Source of the DNA: Gaiellaceae bacterium
GTDB lineage: Bacteria; Actinomycetota; Thermoleophilia; Gaiellales; Gaiellaceae
Reading direction: 5' to 3'
NCBI GenBank assembly: GCA_036490825.1
Contig: DASXDE010000097.1
Coordinates: 275 to 64,274 of the forward strand
DNA length: 64,000 nt
The notes below the pieces were generated by a model, which ran no database searches, was not told where the DNA came from, and saw only the letters and a program-made list of their open reading frames with translations. Below are positions 26,312 to 35,840 of this stretch, one piece after another. A program made the position numbers and the translations under genes. The stretch's first letter is position 1. Every line of letters begins with the position of its first letter.

Positions 26312-26320
26312 GCCGGCGAC
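26300..26320. terminator. GC-rich hairpin spanning the metK stop codon (possible bidirectional terminator)
   Basis: G-TCGCCGGC-TGA-GCCGGCGA-C gives an 8-9-bp perfect stem with a 3-nt loop that is the stop codon. There is no U-tract. It sits between the convergent genes metK and the DtxR-family regulator. Confidence 0.25.
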
Positions 26321-26350
26321 GCGCGGCCGAAACCCTGGCGGAGCCGGCGG

Positions 26351-27040
26351 CTACGAGCGTCTGACGAACAGCCCGGCGGCGGCCTTCTCGGAGATCGCGC
26401 GCTCGCCGACCTTCTCGATCGCGACCGTGAACTGATCCGCCGCCGGCTCGGCGGTGCGCACGAGGATGCTCGTCCCCGGCACGAGCCCCTGGTCGTAGAA
26501 CCAGTGCAGGAGGTCGCCGTCGTGCTCCGCGAGGCGGACGATCGTCGCGCGCGTCCCGGCCGGCAGCGTCGCGAGCGGCGCGAGCTCGGCGTTCTCCGCC
26601 TGCTCCACCGAGGGGTCGACGGGCCAGCCGTGAGGACAGCGCTGCGGGTGGCCGAGCCTGTCGTCGATCCGCTCGACCATCTCGTCGGTGAAGGTGTCGC
26701 CGAGCACGTCGGCACGCTCGTGCGACTCGTAGCCGGTGTAGCCCATGAAGTCGGTGAGGAGCCGCTCGATGATCCGGTGCTTGCGCACCACGCGCTCGGC
26801 GCGCTCGCGGCCCGCCTCGGTCAGGAGCGCCTCCTTCTTCTTCCCGCGCTCGATCAGGCCCTCGGCCTCGAGCCGCTTCAGCATCTCGCCGGCCGAGGCC
26901 CGCGATACGTGCAGCATCTCGGCGACGCGAGACGCGAGCGGAGGTGCGCCGGCGCCGTGCGGCGTGTATTCGCCGATGGGGAAGGCGAGGAAATAGATCG
27001 TCTCCAGGTACTCGTCTACCGAATGGCCGGCTGCGGGCAC
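26351..27040 (-). CDS. DtxR/IdeR/MntR-family metal-dependent transcriptional regulator with a C-terminal FeoA/SH3-like domain
   Basis: N-terminal wHTH (..VSRASAGEMLKRLEAEGLIE..), metal-site region (..ESHERADVLGD..HPQRCPHG..) and an FeoA-like C-terminus. Confidence 0.85.
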   Translation of the reverse strand: MPAAGHSVDEYLETIYFLAFPIGEYTPHGAGAPPLASRVAEMLHVSRASAGEMLKRLEAEGLIERGKKKEALLTEAGRERAERVVRKHRIIERLLTDFMGYTGYESHERADVLGDTFTDEMVERIDDRLGHPQRCPHGWPVDPSVEQAENAELAPLATLPAGTRATIVRLAEHDGDLLHWFYDQGLVPGTSILVRTAEPAADQFTVAIEKVGERAISEKAAAGLFVRRS

Positions 27041-27065
27041 GCAGCTATATTGCCCTGGCGCCTGC

Positions 27066-27085
27066 GTGTAAGGGCACCCTTACAC
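27066..27085. promoter_or_regulatory. perfect 20-bp palindrome, candidate operator of the adjacent DtxR-family regulator
   Basis: GTGTAAGGG-CA-CCCTTACAC has 9-bp perfect arms. It lies in the 71-bp divergent gap, 27 nt upstream of the ZIP transporter ATG. The TWAGG..CCTWA architecture recalls IdeR/DtxR boxes. Confidence 0.5.
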
Positions 27086-27111
27086 GGGCAGTCAGGGGAA
27101 AATAAGAGCTT

Positions 27112-27954
27112 ATGTCGACGGCACACATCCTTCTGCTCGGCGCGATCGCGGGCGCGACGATCTTCCTCGGCCTGCCGATCGGCCGCGTGAACACGTTCGC
27201 GCCGATCGTGCGCGCCTGCCTCTCCGCGCTAGCGACCGGGATCCTCCTCTTCCTCTTCTGGGACGTGCTGACGGGCGCGGTCGATCCGATCGACTCGGCG
27301 CTGCAGGCGCGGCACTGGGGGAGGTTCGCGTGGCTCTCGGGCCTCGGCGCGGCCGGATTCGCGCTCGGCCTGATGGGTCTCGTGCACTACGCGGTCTGGA
27401 TGCGCCGCCGCTCGAGCCGGCGCGTGACGACGATGGTCGGCCCGGGCGCGGCCGCGGTCGACGAGTTCACGCACCGTCGCTGGATCGACGAGCTCACGCC
27501 GGGCAAGCAGCTCGCGCTCCTGATCGCGGTCGGGATCGGAGTCCACAACTTCGGCGAAGGGCTTGCGATCGGCCAGGCGGCTGCGGCGGGCTCGATCAGC
27601 CTCGCCGTGACGCTGATCGTCGGCTTCGGGCTGCACAACGCGACCGAGGGATTCGGGATCTGCGGACCGCTCGCCGGCGAGGGCACGAAGCCGAGCTGGG
27701 GCTTTCTGGGCGCGATGGGCCTGATCGGCGGGGGCCCCACCTTCCTCGGCACGGTGCTGGGACAGGCGTGGTCGAGCGAGGCGATGTCGGTCGTCTTCTT
27801 CGCCGTCGCCGCCGGCTCGATCCTCTACGTCGTGCAGGAGCTGATGGCGGTCAACCGGAGCTACGGGCGCACCGCCCTCGTGACGTGGCTCGTCCTCGCG
27901 GGGATCCTGCTCGGCTTCGCGACGGACTTCGTCGTCAGCGCCGCCGGCGTCTAG
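27112..27954 (+). CDS. ZIP-family divalent metal transporter (ZupT-like)
   Basis: Polytopic protein with GIGVHNFGEGLAIG and GFGLHNATEGFG, the ZIP signature helices. Confidence 0.85.
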   Translation: MSTAHILLLGAIAGATIFLGLPIGRVNTFAPIVRACLSALATGILLFLFWDVLTGAVDPIDSALQARHWGRFAWLSGLGAAGFALGLMGLVHYAVWMRRRSSRRVTTMVGPGAAAVDEFTHRRWIDELTPGKQLALLIAVGIGVHNFGEGLAIGQAAAAGSISLAVTLIVGFGLHNATEGFGICGPLAGEGTKPSWGFLGAMGLIGGGPTFLGTVLGQAWSSEAMSVVFFAVAAGSILYVVQELMAVNRSYGRTALVTWLVLAGILLGFATDFVVSAAGV

Positions 27955-28256
27955 CGCACGACGTGGTGGAGCTCGTAGAAGCCGTCCCGGGTCGGCTCGG
28001 TGAAGTTGTCCGGGTTCGGAAACGCCTGCGGGCCCTGCTCGAGCAGCGGCTGGACGTGTTCGGCGAGGAACCGGTCGGCGTGCTCGCGGCTCTCCCACAC
28101 GTCGAGGATCCGGAACACGCCGGCCTCGTCGTCGAACCCCGCCGTGTGCGCGATCAGGCCCTCGAAGGGGCCGTCGCCGATCTTGTCCGCGACGAAGTCG
28201 TAGTTCGTCGTCGTCCGATCGCCGATCGGGAACTCCTGGATGTACACGACTGCCAC
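27951..28256 (-). CDS. hypothetical small protein (101 aa)
   Basis: GTG start with AGGAGG 6 nt upstream. The composition is balanced. Confidence 0.55.
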   Translation of the reverse strand: MAVVYIQEFPIGDRTTTNYDFVADKIGDGPFEGLIAHTAGFDDEAGVFRILDVWESREHADRFLAEHVQPLLEQGPQAFPNPDNFTEPTRDGFYELHHVVR

Positions 28257-28379
28257 TACAACCTCCTTGACGTTTGGCCGATCATATGACGTTCGACGAC
28301 CTCGGCCGCCTCTTCGCGGGGCCGCTCGAGCAGACCGGCGCCTGAGCGCCGACCAGCGCCGCGGCTAGGCTCGCTGCCC

Positions 28380-30305
28380 GTGTCGCGTCTCGCCTCCGTC
28401 TACCCGATCATCACGGCCCGCTCGCTCGCGCGGCTGTTCACGTACGAGATCGAGGACGAGGTGGAGAAGGGGGCCGTCCTCGCGATCCGCTTCGGCAACG
28501 CGCGGCGGCGCGGCGTCGTCGTCGACGCCGACGCGGAGGCGCCGCCCGACGTCGAGCCCGTCGCGGCGGAAGGCGTGCTGGAGACTCTGCCGCCGGCGCT
28601 CGTCGACCTTGCCCTCTGGCTCGCCGATTACTACGGCTCGACGCCGGCGCGTGCGCTCGCGCTGATCGCGCCGCACCAGCCAAAGCGGCGCGGCGAGCGG
28701 CGGGAGGTGACCGCGACGGCCGGCCTGGCCGCCGAGCCCGCGCCCGCCCGGCTCTCCGACTCGCAGGAACGCGCGCTGCAGCGCATCGAGGCGCTGCTCG
28801 CGAGCGGCGGCGGAAACGTCCTCCTCTCCGGCGCGACCGGCAGCGGCAAGACCGAGGTCTACATCCGCGCCTGCGAGGCCGCCCTCGCGGCGGGCCGCGG
28901 CGCAATCGTCCTCGTCCCGGAGATCGCGCTCACGCCGCAGACGCTCGGCCGCTTCATCGCGCGCTTCGGCGACCGGGTCGCGCTGCTCCACTCCGGCCTC
29001 ACGGAGGCCGAGCGGCGGGACGAGCGCGAGCGGATCGCCGCCGGTGAGGCCCCGGTCGTGGTCGGCGCCCGCTCCGCCGTGTTCGCGCCGCTCCCGTCGC
29101 TCGGAGTGATCTGCGTCGACGAGGAGCACGACGCCTCCTACAAGCAGGAGTCCGACCCGCGCTACGACGCCCGCACCGTCGCTGCGAAGCGGGCCGCGCT
29201 CGAGGGGGCGGTGGCGATCTTCGGCTCGGCGACGCCGCGGCCGGAGTCCTGGCAGGCGCTCGAGCGGCTCGAGCTCGGCGGCCGGATCGCCGCCCCGATG
29301 CCGACCGTCCGTGTCGTCGACCTCCGCCGGGAGAGGGCCTACCCGCTCTCCGCGCCGTTGCTCGCCGAGCTCGGCAAGCTCGCCGAACGAGGCGGCAAGG
29401 CGATCCTGCTCCTCAACCGGCGCGGCGTCGCGCCCGCACTCCACTGCCGCGCCTGTGGCGCCACCCGCCGCTGCCCGAACTGCGACGTCGCCTTCACGCT
29501 GCACGGCGACGGAACGCTGCGCTGCCATCACTGCGCCGCCCGAGAGCCCGCCGGGGAGACCTGTCCGGCGTGCGGATCGCCCGAGCTCGCTCGGATCGGG
29601 GCGGGGACGCAGCGGCTCGAGCGCGAGCTGGAGAAGCACGTCCCCGAGCTCGAGCGGATCCGGCTCGACGCGGACGCGATCGCGAAGCCCGAGCAGCTGC
29701 GCGAGGCGCTCGAGCGCTTCGCCCGCGCCGAGCGCGCGGTCCTCGTCGGCACGCAGATGGTCGCGAAGGGACACCACTTCGCCGGTGTCGAGCTCGCCGC
29801 GGTCGTCGACGCCGACACCGGGCTCGGCCTGCCAGACTTCCGCGCCGAGGAGCGCACCTTCCAGCTCCTGACCCAGCTCGCAGGCCGCAGCGGCCGCGAC
29901 GCGCCGGGGCGTGTCCTCATCCAGACGTTTCAGCCGGAGTCGCGCGCGGTCGAGCACGCGGCGCGCCACGACGTGGCCGGGTTCCTGGCCGGCGAGCTCG
30001 AGCGCCGCCGCGCGCTCGGCTACCCGCCCTTCCGGCACCTCGTCCGAGTCCTCGTCTCCGGCCCGGAGCCCGAGCCGACGCTCCGCGCGCTCGAGGAGCT
30101 GAAGGCGGGGCTGCCCGAGTTCGAGCTGCTCGGCCCCGCTCCGTTGCTACGGCTGCGCGGCCGCCATCGCGCCCAGCTCGTCGGCAAGACCGACCGGCCA
30201 CGTGCGCTCGCCTCCCGCGCGGCGGCGCTCCTCTCGGCCGCCGCGCCGGCGATGCGCCGAGCCGGCCTCGCGGCCGTCGTCGACGTCGATCCGCAGAGCC
30301 TCTAG
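28380..30305 (+). CDS. priA: primosomal protein N' (replication restart helicase)
   Basis: GATGSGKTEVY (Walker A), VDEEHD and the Cys-rich zinc-binding insertion (CRACG..CPNCD..CHHC..CPACG). Confidence 0.9.
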   Translation: MSRLASVYPIITARSLARLFTYEIEDEVEKGAVLAIRFGNARRRGVVVDADAEAPPDVEPVAAEGVLETLPPALVDLALWLADYYGSTPARALALIAPHQPKRRGERREVTATAGLAAEPAPARLSDSQERALQRIEALLASGGGNVLLSGATGSGKTEVYIRACEAALAAGRGAIVLVPEIALTPQTLGRFIARFGDRVALLHSGLTEAERRDERERIAAGEAPVVVGARSAVFAPLPSLGVICVDEEHDASYKQESDPRYDARTVAAKRAALEGAVAIFGSATPRPESWQALERLELGGRIAAPMPTVRVVDLRRERAYPLSAPLLAELGKLAERGGKAILLLNRRGVAPALHCRACGATRRCPNCDVAFTLHGDGTLRCHHCAAREPAGETCPACGSPELARIGAGTQRLERELEKHVPELERIRLDADAIAKPEQLREALERFARAERAVLVGTQMVAKGHHFAGVELAAVVDADTGLGLPDFRAEERTFQLLTQLAGRSGRDAPGRVLIQTFQPESRAVEHAARHDVAGFLAGELERRRALGYPPFRHLVRVLVSGPEPEPTLRALEELKAGLPEFELLGPAPLLRLRGRHRAQLVGKTDRPRALASRAAALLSAAAPAMRRAGLAAVVDVDPQSL

Positions 30306-30315
30306 GCTCCCCGGC

Positions 30316-30696
30316 ATGGAGGAGAGAACCCGCAGCGGCGGCTGCCTGTGCGGCGCGGTTCGCTACACCGTCCGCGGCGAGCCGTTCCACGTCGGACGCT
30401 GCCACTGCGCCGACTGCCGGAAGGAGTCCGGCAGCACGTACACGATCTACGGGCAGTGGCCGCTCGCTGCGTTCGAGTCGAGCGGCGAGTACGCGACGTA
30501 TGACGGACGCAGCTTCTGTGCGCGCTGCGGCTCGAGCCTCTTCACCCTCGACGAGGAGGGCGCGGAGATCCGGCTCGGCTCGCTCGACGAGGCGCCGTTC
30601 GAGCTACGGCCGGAGGCGGAGGTCTGGATCAAGCGCCGGGAGCCGTGGCTGGACATAGTCGCGGGCGCGTCGCAGCACCAGGAGAACCGGCACTAG
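30316..30696 (+). CDS. GFA-family (glutathione-dependent formaldehyde-activating-like) zinc protein
   Basis: GGCLCGAVRY..CHCADCRK..FCARCGS.. Cys pattern. The start was trimmed to the ATG at 30316. Confidence 0.8.
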   Translation: MEERTRSGGCLCGAVRYTVRGEPFHVGRCHCADCRKESGSTYTIYGQWPLAAFESSGEYATYDGRSFCARCGSSLFTLDEEGAEIRLGSLDEAPFELRPEAEVWIKRREPWLDIVAGASQHQENRH

Positions 30697-30698
30697 CC

Positions 30699-31196
30699 TC
30701 AGTCGTCCGCGATCCGCTGGAAGAGGAGGAAGTCCCGCCACTCGTCGTCGATGCGCAGGAACTTCCGGGCCAGCCCGATCCGGTCGAAGCCGTTCTTCTC
30801 GAGCACCCGCTGCGACGGGACGTTGTCGACGAGCGTCGCGGCCTCGACGCGGTGGAGCTCGAGGATGCCGAACGCGTAGGCCAGGATCTCGCCAGCCGCG
30901 GCCGTCGCGAGGCCGCGGCCGTTGCGCGTCGCGTCCACCCAGTAGCCGATCACGCCGCTCTGCAGGCTCTCCCGGACGATCCCGAACAGGTTGACCGTCC
31001 CGGCGATCGCATTGCCGTCGAGGATCACGAACGGATGGGTCTCGCCCTCGAGCTGCCGCTGGAGCCGCTCGCGCTGGCCCTCCGGGGTGAAGAACTCAGG
31101 CGGCCGGACCGGCTCGAACGGCGCGAGAAACTCGCGGTTCGCGGCGTAGAGCGCGGCGAGCTCCTCGCCGTCCTCCGGCTGCACCGCCCGGATCAC
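30699..31196 (-). CDS. GNAT-family N-acetyltransferase (RimJ/RimL-like)
   Basis: ..IGYWVDATRNGRGLATAAAGEILAYAF.. acetyl-CoA motif. The GTG start overlaps the upstream stop (GTGA). Confidence 0.8.
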   Translation of the reverse strand: MIRAVQPEDGEELAALYAANREFLAPFEPVRPPEFFTPEGQRERLQRQLEGETHPFVILDGNAIAGTVNLFGIVRESLQSGVIGYWVDATRNGRGLATAAAGEILAYAFGILELHRVEAATLVDNVPSQRVLEKNGFDRIGLARKFLRIDDEWRDFLLFQRIADD

Positions 31197-31759
31197 GCAT
31201 TCCCCGCTCCGGCGCCGTACGCGCCGGCGCCTGCGCCACCGGGCGGCTCCGTCGAGCCTACGCCGCCTGCAGCCGCGCGCTCGGGCGGGAAGCGGTCGAG
31301 GATCCACGGCGCGTCGAGCGGCTCCCGCAGGTACGAGCGTCCGTTGACGCGGACGAAGTCGCGGGTGCGGGGGTCCATCGCCAGTCGTGCCTCGGCCGGG
31401 AAGTTGCGGTTGTGGCGCTCGATTAGCCCGTTCACCTCGGCGAAGCTCCAGTTGCCGGCGAGCTCGCGCCAGGCGGCCGCGAAGTCCGCGGGCTCCTCGA
31501 GCTCCTCTGCGAGCGCCCGCCAGGCCCCCCTGAGCCGGCGCTCGTGCTGCTCGACGGCGTCCTCGATGGCCCGCAGCCTCCGCATCCAGACCGTCGGCCC
31601 GTCGAGCGCCCGCACCGCCGAGTCGGGGTCGGGGCGGAAGTTGCGGAGGCGCTGCCGGAGCGGCATTCCACGCACCGGGCTCGACTCGAGATCGGCCTCG
31701 AGCAGCTCACGCTCGCGCCGCTCCTGCGGAGTCTCGGGACGCGTCGCGCCCTGGCTCAT
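31193..31759 (-). CDS. hypothetical protein (188 aa)
   Basis: Trimmed to the ATG at 31759 (MSQGATRPETPQ..). The upstream part of track ORF 31193..32050 is a Ser/Arg/Cys-rich shadow of def. Confidence 0.5.
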   Translation of the reverse strand: MSQGATRPETPQERRERELLEADLESSPVRGMPLRQRLRNFRPDPDSAVRALDGPTVWMRRLRAIEDAVEQHERRLRGAWRALAEELEEPADFAAAWRELAGNWSFAEVNGLIERHNRNFPAEARLAMDPRTRDFVRVNGRSYLREPLDAPWILDRFPPERAAAGGVGSTEPPGGAGAGAYGAGAGNA

Positions 31760-31811
31760 GATCTCTTTCAACGTCCGTGGATCCACGTCCGCGAGGGTAC
31801 AGTCCGGCCCA

Positions 31812-32375
31812 ATGCCGGAGATCGAGGGACAGGTCAAGGACGAGCAGCTCGACCCGGAGCAGGAAGCCCGGCGGCGCGTGGCCCTTGCGCAGATCCGGCA
31901 GTACCCGGATGCCGCGCTGAAGATGGCCGCCCGCCCGGTCGAGGAGTTCGACGACGACCTGCGCCGCCTCGCCGACCGGATGAAGCAGCTGATGGTCGAC
32001 GCCAGCGGGATCGGTCTCGCGGCGACCCAGGTCGGCGTCCTGCAGCGCATCTTCGTCTTCCAGGTCGCCGAGGACGAGACCGCCGTGATCGTGAACCCGG
32101 AGATCGTGGAGCTGAGCGAGGAGACGACGGTCGACGACGAGGGCTGCCTCTCGATCCAGGGCGTCCTCCTGCCGGTCGAGCGCCCGGCGACGATCGCGAT
32201 CGAGGGCCGCGACGAGCACGGGGCCGAGGTGCGCTACGAGCTCGAGGAGCCGTACTCGCGCGTCGCCCAGCACGAGACGGATCACCTCGACGGCGTCCTG
32301 ATCCTCGACCGCACGACGCCCGAGGCGAAGCGCGAGGCGCTCGCGAGCCTACGCCCGCGCATCGTCATCGGGTAG
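31812..32375 (+). CDS. def: peptide deformylase
   Basis: GIGLAATQVG, EGCLS and HETDHLDG, the three Def motifs. Confidence 0.9.
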   Translation: MPEIEGQVKDEQLDPEQEARRRVALAQIRQYPDAALKMAARPVEEFDDDLRRLADRMKQLMVDASGIGLAATQVGVLQRIFVFQVAEDETAVIVNPEIVELSEETTVDDEGCLSIQGVLLPVERPATIAIEGRDEHGAEVRYELEEPYSRVAQHETDHLDGVLILDRTTPEAKREALASLRPRIVIG

Positions 32376-32379
32376 CCGC

Positions 32380-33174
32380 ATGGCGCGCCGGATCGCGGTC
32401 GCCGCGACCGGGCCGTTCGGCGCCGATGTGCTCGAGCGGCTCGCGGGCGAGCACGACGTCGTCCAGCTCTTCACGCGTCCCGACAAGCCGCGGGGACGCG
32501 GCCGTCGCGTCGCCCCGCCGCCGGCAAAGGAGGTGGCCGAGCGGCTCGGGATCCCCGTCGAGCAGCCGGCGAAGCTCGATTCGTCCGTCGGGATCGCAGC
32601 CCACACCGTCGTCGTCTGTGCCTACGGCCTCCTCGTCCCGAATGCGCTGCTCGAGCGTGCGCTGTGGCTCAACGTCCACCCGTCGCTGCTCCCGCGGTGG
32701 CGCGGCGCGGCGCCGGTCGAGCGCTCGCTCATGGCCGGCGACGAGGAGACCGGCGTCACGATCCACCGCACCGTCGAGGCGCTCGACGCGGGGCCGATCG
32801 CGGCGCAGCGCGCGTTCGCCGTCCGGCCGGACGACGACGCCGGCGCCGTGTACGCGCGCGCGGCGGAAGTTGCGGCCGAGCTCCTCCGGGACGTGCTCGC
32901 ACAGGACGAGCCGCAGTTCGAGCCGCAGCCGGAGGACGGCGCCAGCTACGCGGAGAAGATCGGCCCCGAGGATCGGGAGCTCGACTCCGCCGCGCCGCCG
33001 CAGGAGCTCGTGAACCGCGTCCGCGCGCTCTCGCCGCACATCGGCGCGCGGCTGGGCGACCTCATCGTCTGGCGGGCGAGGGTGGGCGAGGACGGCTCGT
33101 TCGAGCCGGTCGAGGTGCAGCCGGCCGGCGGCCGCCGGATGGCGTACGACGCGTACCTGCGAGGCCGCCGATGA
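32380..33174 (+). CDS. fmt: methionyl-tRNA formyltransferase (short form, 264 aa)
   Basis: ..NVHPSLLPRWRGAAPVERSLMAGDEETGVTIH... It follows def. Confidence 0.9.
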   Translation: MARRIAVAATGPFGADVLERLAGEHDVVQLFTRPDKPRGRGRRVAPPPAKEVAERLGIPVEQPAKLDSSVGIAAHTVVVCAYGLLVPNALLERALWLNVHPSLLPRWRGAAPVERSLMAGDEETGVTIHRTVEALDAGPIAAQRAFAVRPDDDAGAVYARAAEVAAELLRDVLAQDEPQFEPQPEDGASYAEKIGPEDRELDSAAPPQELVNRVRALSPHIGARLGDLIVWRARVGEDGSFEPVEVQPAGGRRMAYDAYLRGRR

Positions 33175-33893
33175 CCTGGTGGTACGCCGTCGTCGAGGCC
33201 GAGCACGAGATCCAGAACCCGACGAGTGAGGAGAAAATCCGACTGCTCGGCCGGCGGCTCGGGCTCGGGCCGGGCTCTCATGTGCTCGACGTCGCCTCCG
33301 GACGCGGCGGCCCGGCGCTCGTCCTCGCACGAGAGTTCGGCTGCCGGCTGACGTGCGTCGAGCGCGCGTCGGAGTTCGTCGCCGCCGCGCGCGAGCGGGT
33401 CGCGCACGCGGGCCTCGACGATCGGATCGAGCTCGTCGAGAGCGACGCCGCGCACTTCGAGCTCGGCCGTTACGACGCGGCACTCTGCCTCGGCGCCACG
33501 TTCGCCTACGGCGGTCTCGTGGCGACGCTCGATCGACTCTCCGTAGCCGCGCCCCAAGTCGCCGTCGGCGAGCCGTATTGGCGTGTCTGGCCACCGCCGC
33601 CGGAGGCCGAGCCGGAGGAGATCGTCGCCGGCGAGGACCTTCTCCCGCTGGCGGCGACCGTCGAGCGAGCCGAGTCGACCGGCGTGCGGGTCGTCTACCT
33701 CATCGTGTCCTCCGAGGACGACTGGGACCGCTACGACTCGCTGCACTGGCAGACGCTCGACCGCTGGCTCGAGGCGAACCCCCAGCATCCGCAGGCCGAC
33801 GAGTTCCGAGCGCGCGGCCTCGCCTATCGCGACCGTTACCTGCGTTGGCAGCGTGACTCGCTCGGCTGGGCGATCCTCCTCTGCCGCTCGTGA
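33171..33893 (+). CDS. class I SAM-dependent methyltransferase
   Basis: VLDVASGRGGPAL (motif I) and ..LVESDAA... The ATG overlaps the fmt stop (ATGA). Confidence 0.7.
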   Translation: MTWWYAVVEAEHEIQNPTSEEKIRLLGRRLGLGPGSHVLDVASGRGGPALVLAREFGCRLTCVERASEFVAAARERVAHAGLDDRIELVESDAAHFELGRYDAALCLGATFAYGGLVATLDRLSVAAPQVAVGEPYWRVWPPPPEAEPEEIVAGEDLLPLAATVERAESTGVRVVYLIVSSEDDWDRYDSLHWQTLDRWLEANPQHPQADEFRARGLAYRDRYLRWQRDSLGWAILLCRS

Positions 33894-35104
33894 CCGTCTC
33901 GCCGGCCCGGCGTGCGGCCTACGAGGTGCTGCTGCGCGTCTTCGAGCAGGACGCCTACGCGGACCGCGCCTTTCGCAGCGCCGCGGAGGGCCTCGACGAG
34001 CGGGAGCGCGCCTTCGCGCAGCGGCTCGCCTACGGCTCCGTGCAGCGCGTGCGGACCCTCGACCACGCGATCGACACGCTCGGCCGGCGGCCGGTGCGGA
34101 AGCTCGACCCGCCGGTGCGGGCGGCGCTGCGGCTGGGCGCGTACCAGCTCGGCTACACCGACACCGCGCCGCACGCCGCTGCGAACGAGTCCGTCGAGCT
34201 CGTGCGCCGCGCCCGGCTCGAACGGGCCGTTCCGTTCGCGAACGCCGTGATGCGCCGGCTGTCCGAGGGGATCGGGCCGCTGCTCGAGTCGCTGCCGGAG
34301 GGTCCGTTGAAGGAGTCGTACCCCGACTGGATCCACGACGTGTTCCTGCGCGTGCTGGGCGAGCAGGGCGCGCTCGCGCTCATGCGCACGATGAACGAGC
34401 CGCTCGAGACTGTCGTCCGGCTCGTGCGGGGGGAGCCTCCCGCGGGCGCCGAGGAGACGGACGTGCCCGGCGCCTACCGCGTGGAGCGCGTGGACGAGGC
34501 GCTCGTCGTCGAGGGGAGGGTCTGGCCGCAGAGCCGGGGCTCGCAGCTCGCGGGCCTCTGCGTCGGCTCGGGGGAAGGCGAGCGCGTGCTCGATCTCTGC
34601 GCCGCGCCGGGCGGCAAGACGGGGCAGCTGCGGGGCGCGGTGACCGCGATCGAGATCGACCCGGCCCGCGCGCGCGAGCTGCGCGAGAACCTCGCGACCA
34701 TGGGCCGTCCCGACGTCACCGTCGTGGAGGCGGACGGGACGGCGCTGCCGCCCGAGCTCGACAGCTTCGATCGCGCGCTCGTCGACGCGCCGTGCTCCGG
34801 GCTCGGCGTCCTCTCCCAGCGGCCCGACCTGCGCTGGCGCGCGACCGCGCTGCCGGAGCTCCAGCTCGCCCTTCTCCGCTCCGCCGCGGAACGCATCCGT
34901 CCCGGCGGCACGATCGTCTACTCGGTTTGCACGCTCAACCCCGAGGAATGCGAGGCGGTGGTCGACGCGAGCGGGCTGCGCGTCCTGCCGCTCGGGGAGG
35001 AGCGGCCGGCCTTCGTCCATCCGTCCCGGCCGGAGTTCCTCCTCACGCTGCCGCACGTCCATGAGACGAGCGGCTTCTTCGTCGCCCGCCTCGCCGTCGA
35101 CTGA
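33890..35104 (+). CDS. rsmB: 16S rRNA (cytosine-C5)-methyltransferase RsmB/Sun
   Basis: N-terminal NusB-like domain, DLCAAPGGKT and DAPCSGLGV motifs. Confidence 0.85.
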   Translation: MTVSPARRAAYEVLLRVFEQDAYADRAFRSAAEGLDERERAFAQRLAYGSVQRVRTLDHAIDTLGRRPVRKLDPPVRAALRLGAYQLGYTDTAPHAAANESVELVRRARLERAVPFANAVMRRLSEGIGPLLESLPEGPLKESYPDWIHDVFLRVLGEQGALALMRTMNEPLETVVRLVRGEPPAGAEETDVPGAYRVERVDEALVVEGRVWPQSRGSQLAGLCVGSGEGERVLDLCAAPGGKTGQLRGAVTAIEIDPARARELRENLATMGRPDVTVVEADGTALPPELDSFDRALVDAPCSGLGVLSQRPDLRWRATALPELQLALLRSAAERIRPGGTIVYSVCTLNPEECEAVVDASGLRVLPLGEERPAFVHPSRPEFLLTLPHVHETSGFFVARLAVD

Positions 35105-35162
35105 CCCGTCGCCGGTCGAGGCATGGCTGTCGCCCGTCCGGACTGCGTACGATCGCGGCGCA

Positions 35163-35840
35163 ATGGCCTGGCAGGAGTGGGTCCGGACGATCGAGGTCGA
35201 GCCGTCGCTCTACGCGGCGGACTTCGCGCGGCTCGGCGAGCAGATCGCAGAGCTTCTCGAGGCGGGGTGCCGCGTCTTCCACTTCGATGTCGGCGACGGC
35301 CACTTCGTCGAGCCCATCACGATCGGGCCGGTCGTCCTCGACTCGATCGCCCCGCTCGTGCACGATGCCGGCGGGGTGCTCGACTGCCACCTCATGGTCG
35401 ACAACCCGCTGCGCCACTTTCCGCAGATCGCCCGGGCCGGCGGTGACAGCGCGACCTTCCACTACGAGGTCGTCGACGACGTGCCGGGCACGATCGCCGC
35501 CGCCCGCGGGCACGGCCTTCAGGTCGGCGTTGCCTTCAACCCCGAGAGCGAGCCGGAGGAGGTGGCGGCCGCCGCGGGGGACGCCGACCTCGTGCTGTGC
35601 ATGAGCATCCATCCGGGCTACAGCGGCCAGCAGTTCAGGCCGGACGCGCCGGACCGGATCGGGCGGCTACGCGCAGCGTTGCCCGAGGGCGTCCACGTCC
35701 AGGTCGACGGCGGAATCGACCACGAGACGATCGGAGCCGCACGCGCGGCGGGGGCGTCACTGTTCGTCGCCGGCTCGGCGATCTTCGGCCGCGATGACCT
35801 GGCGCAGGCGTATCGGGGCCTCGTCCGGGACCTCGGGTGA
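35163..35840 (+). CDS. rpe: ribulose-phosphate 3-epimerase
   Basis: ..PSLYAADFARLGE..FHFDVGDGHFV..DCHLMV..MSIHPGYSGQ..VDGGI... Confidence 0.9.
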   Translation: MAWQEWVRTIEVEPSLYAADFARLGEQIAELLEAGCRVFHFDVGDGHFVEPITIGPVVLDSIAPLVHDAGGVLDCHLMVDNPLRHFPQIARAGGDSATFHYEVVDDVPGTIAAARGHGLQVGVAFNPESEPEEVAAAAGDADLVLCMSIHPGYSGQQFRPDAPDRIGRLRAALPEGVHVQVDGGIDHETIGAARAAGASLFVAGSAIFGRDDLAQAYRGLVRDLG

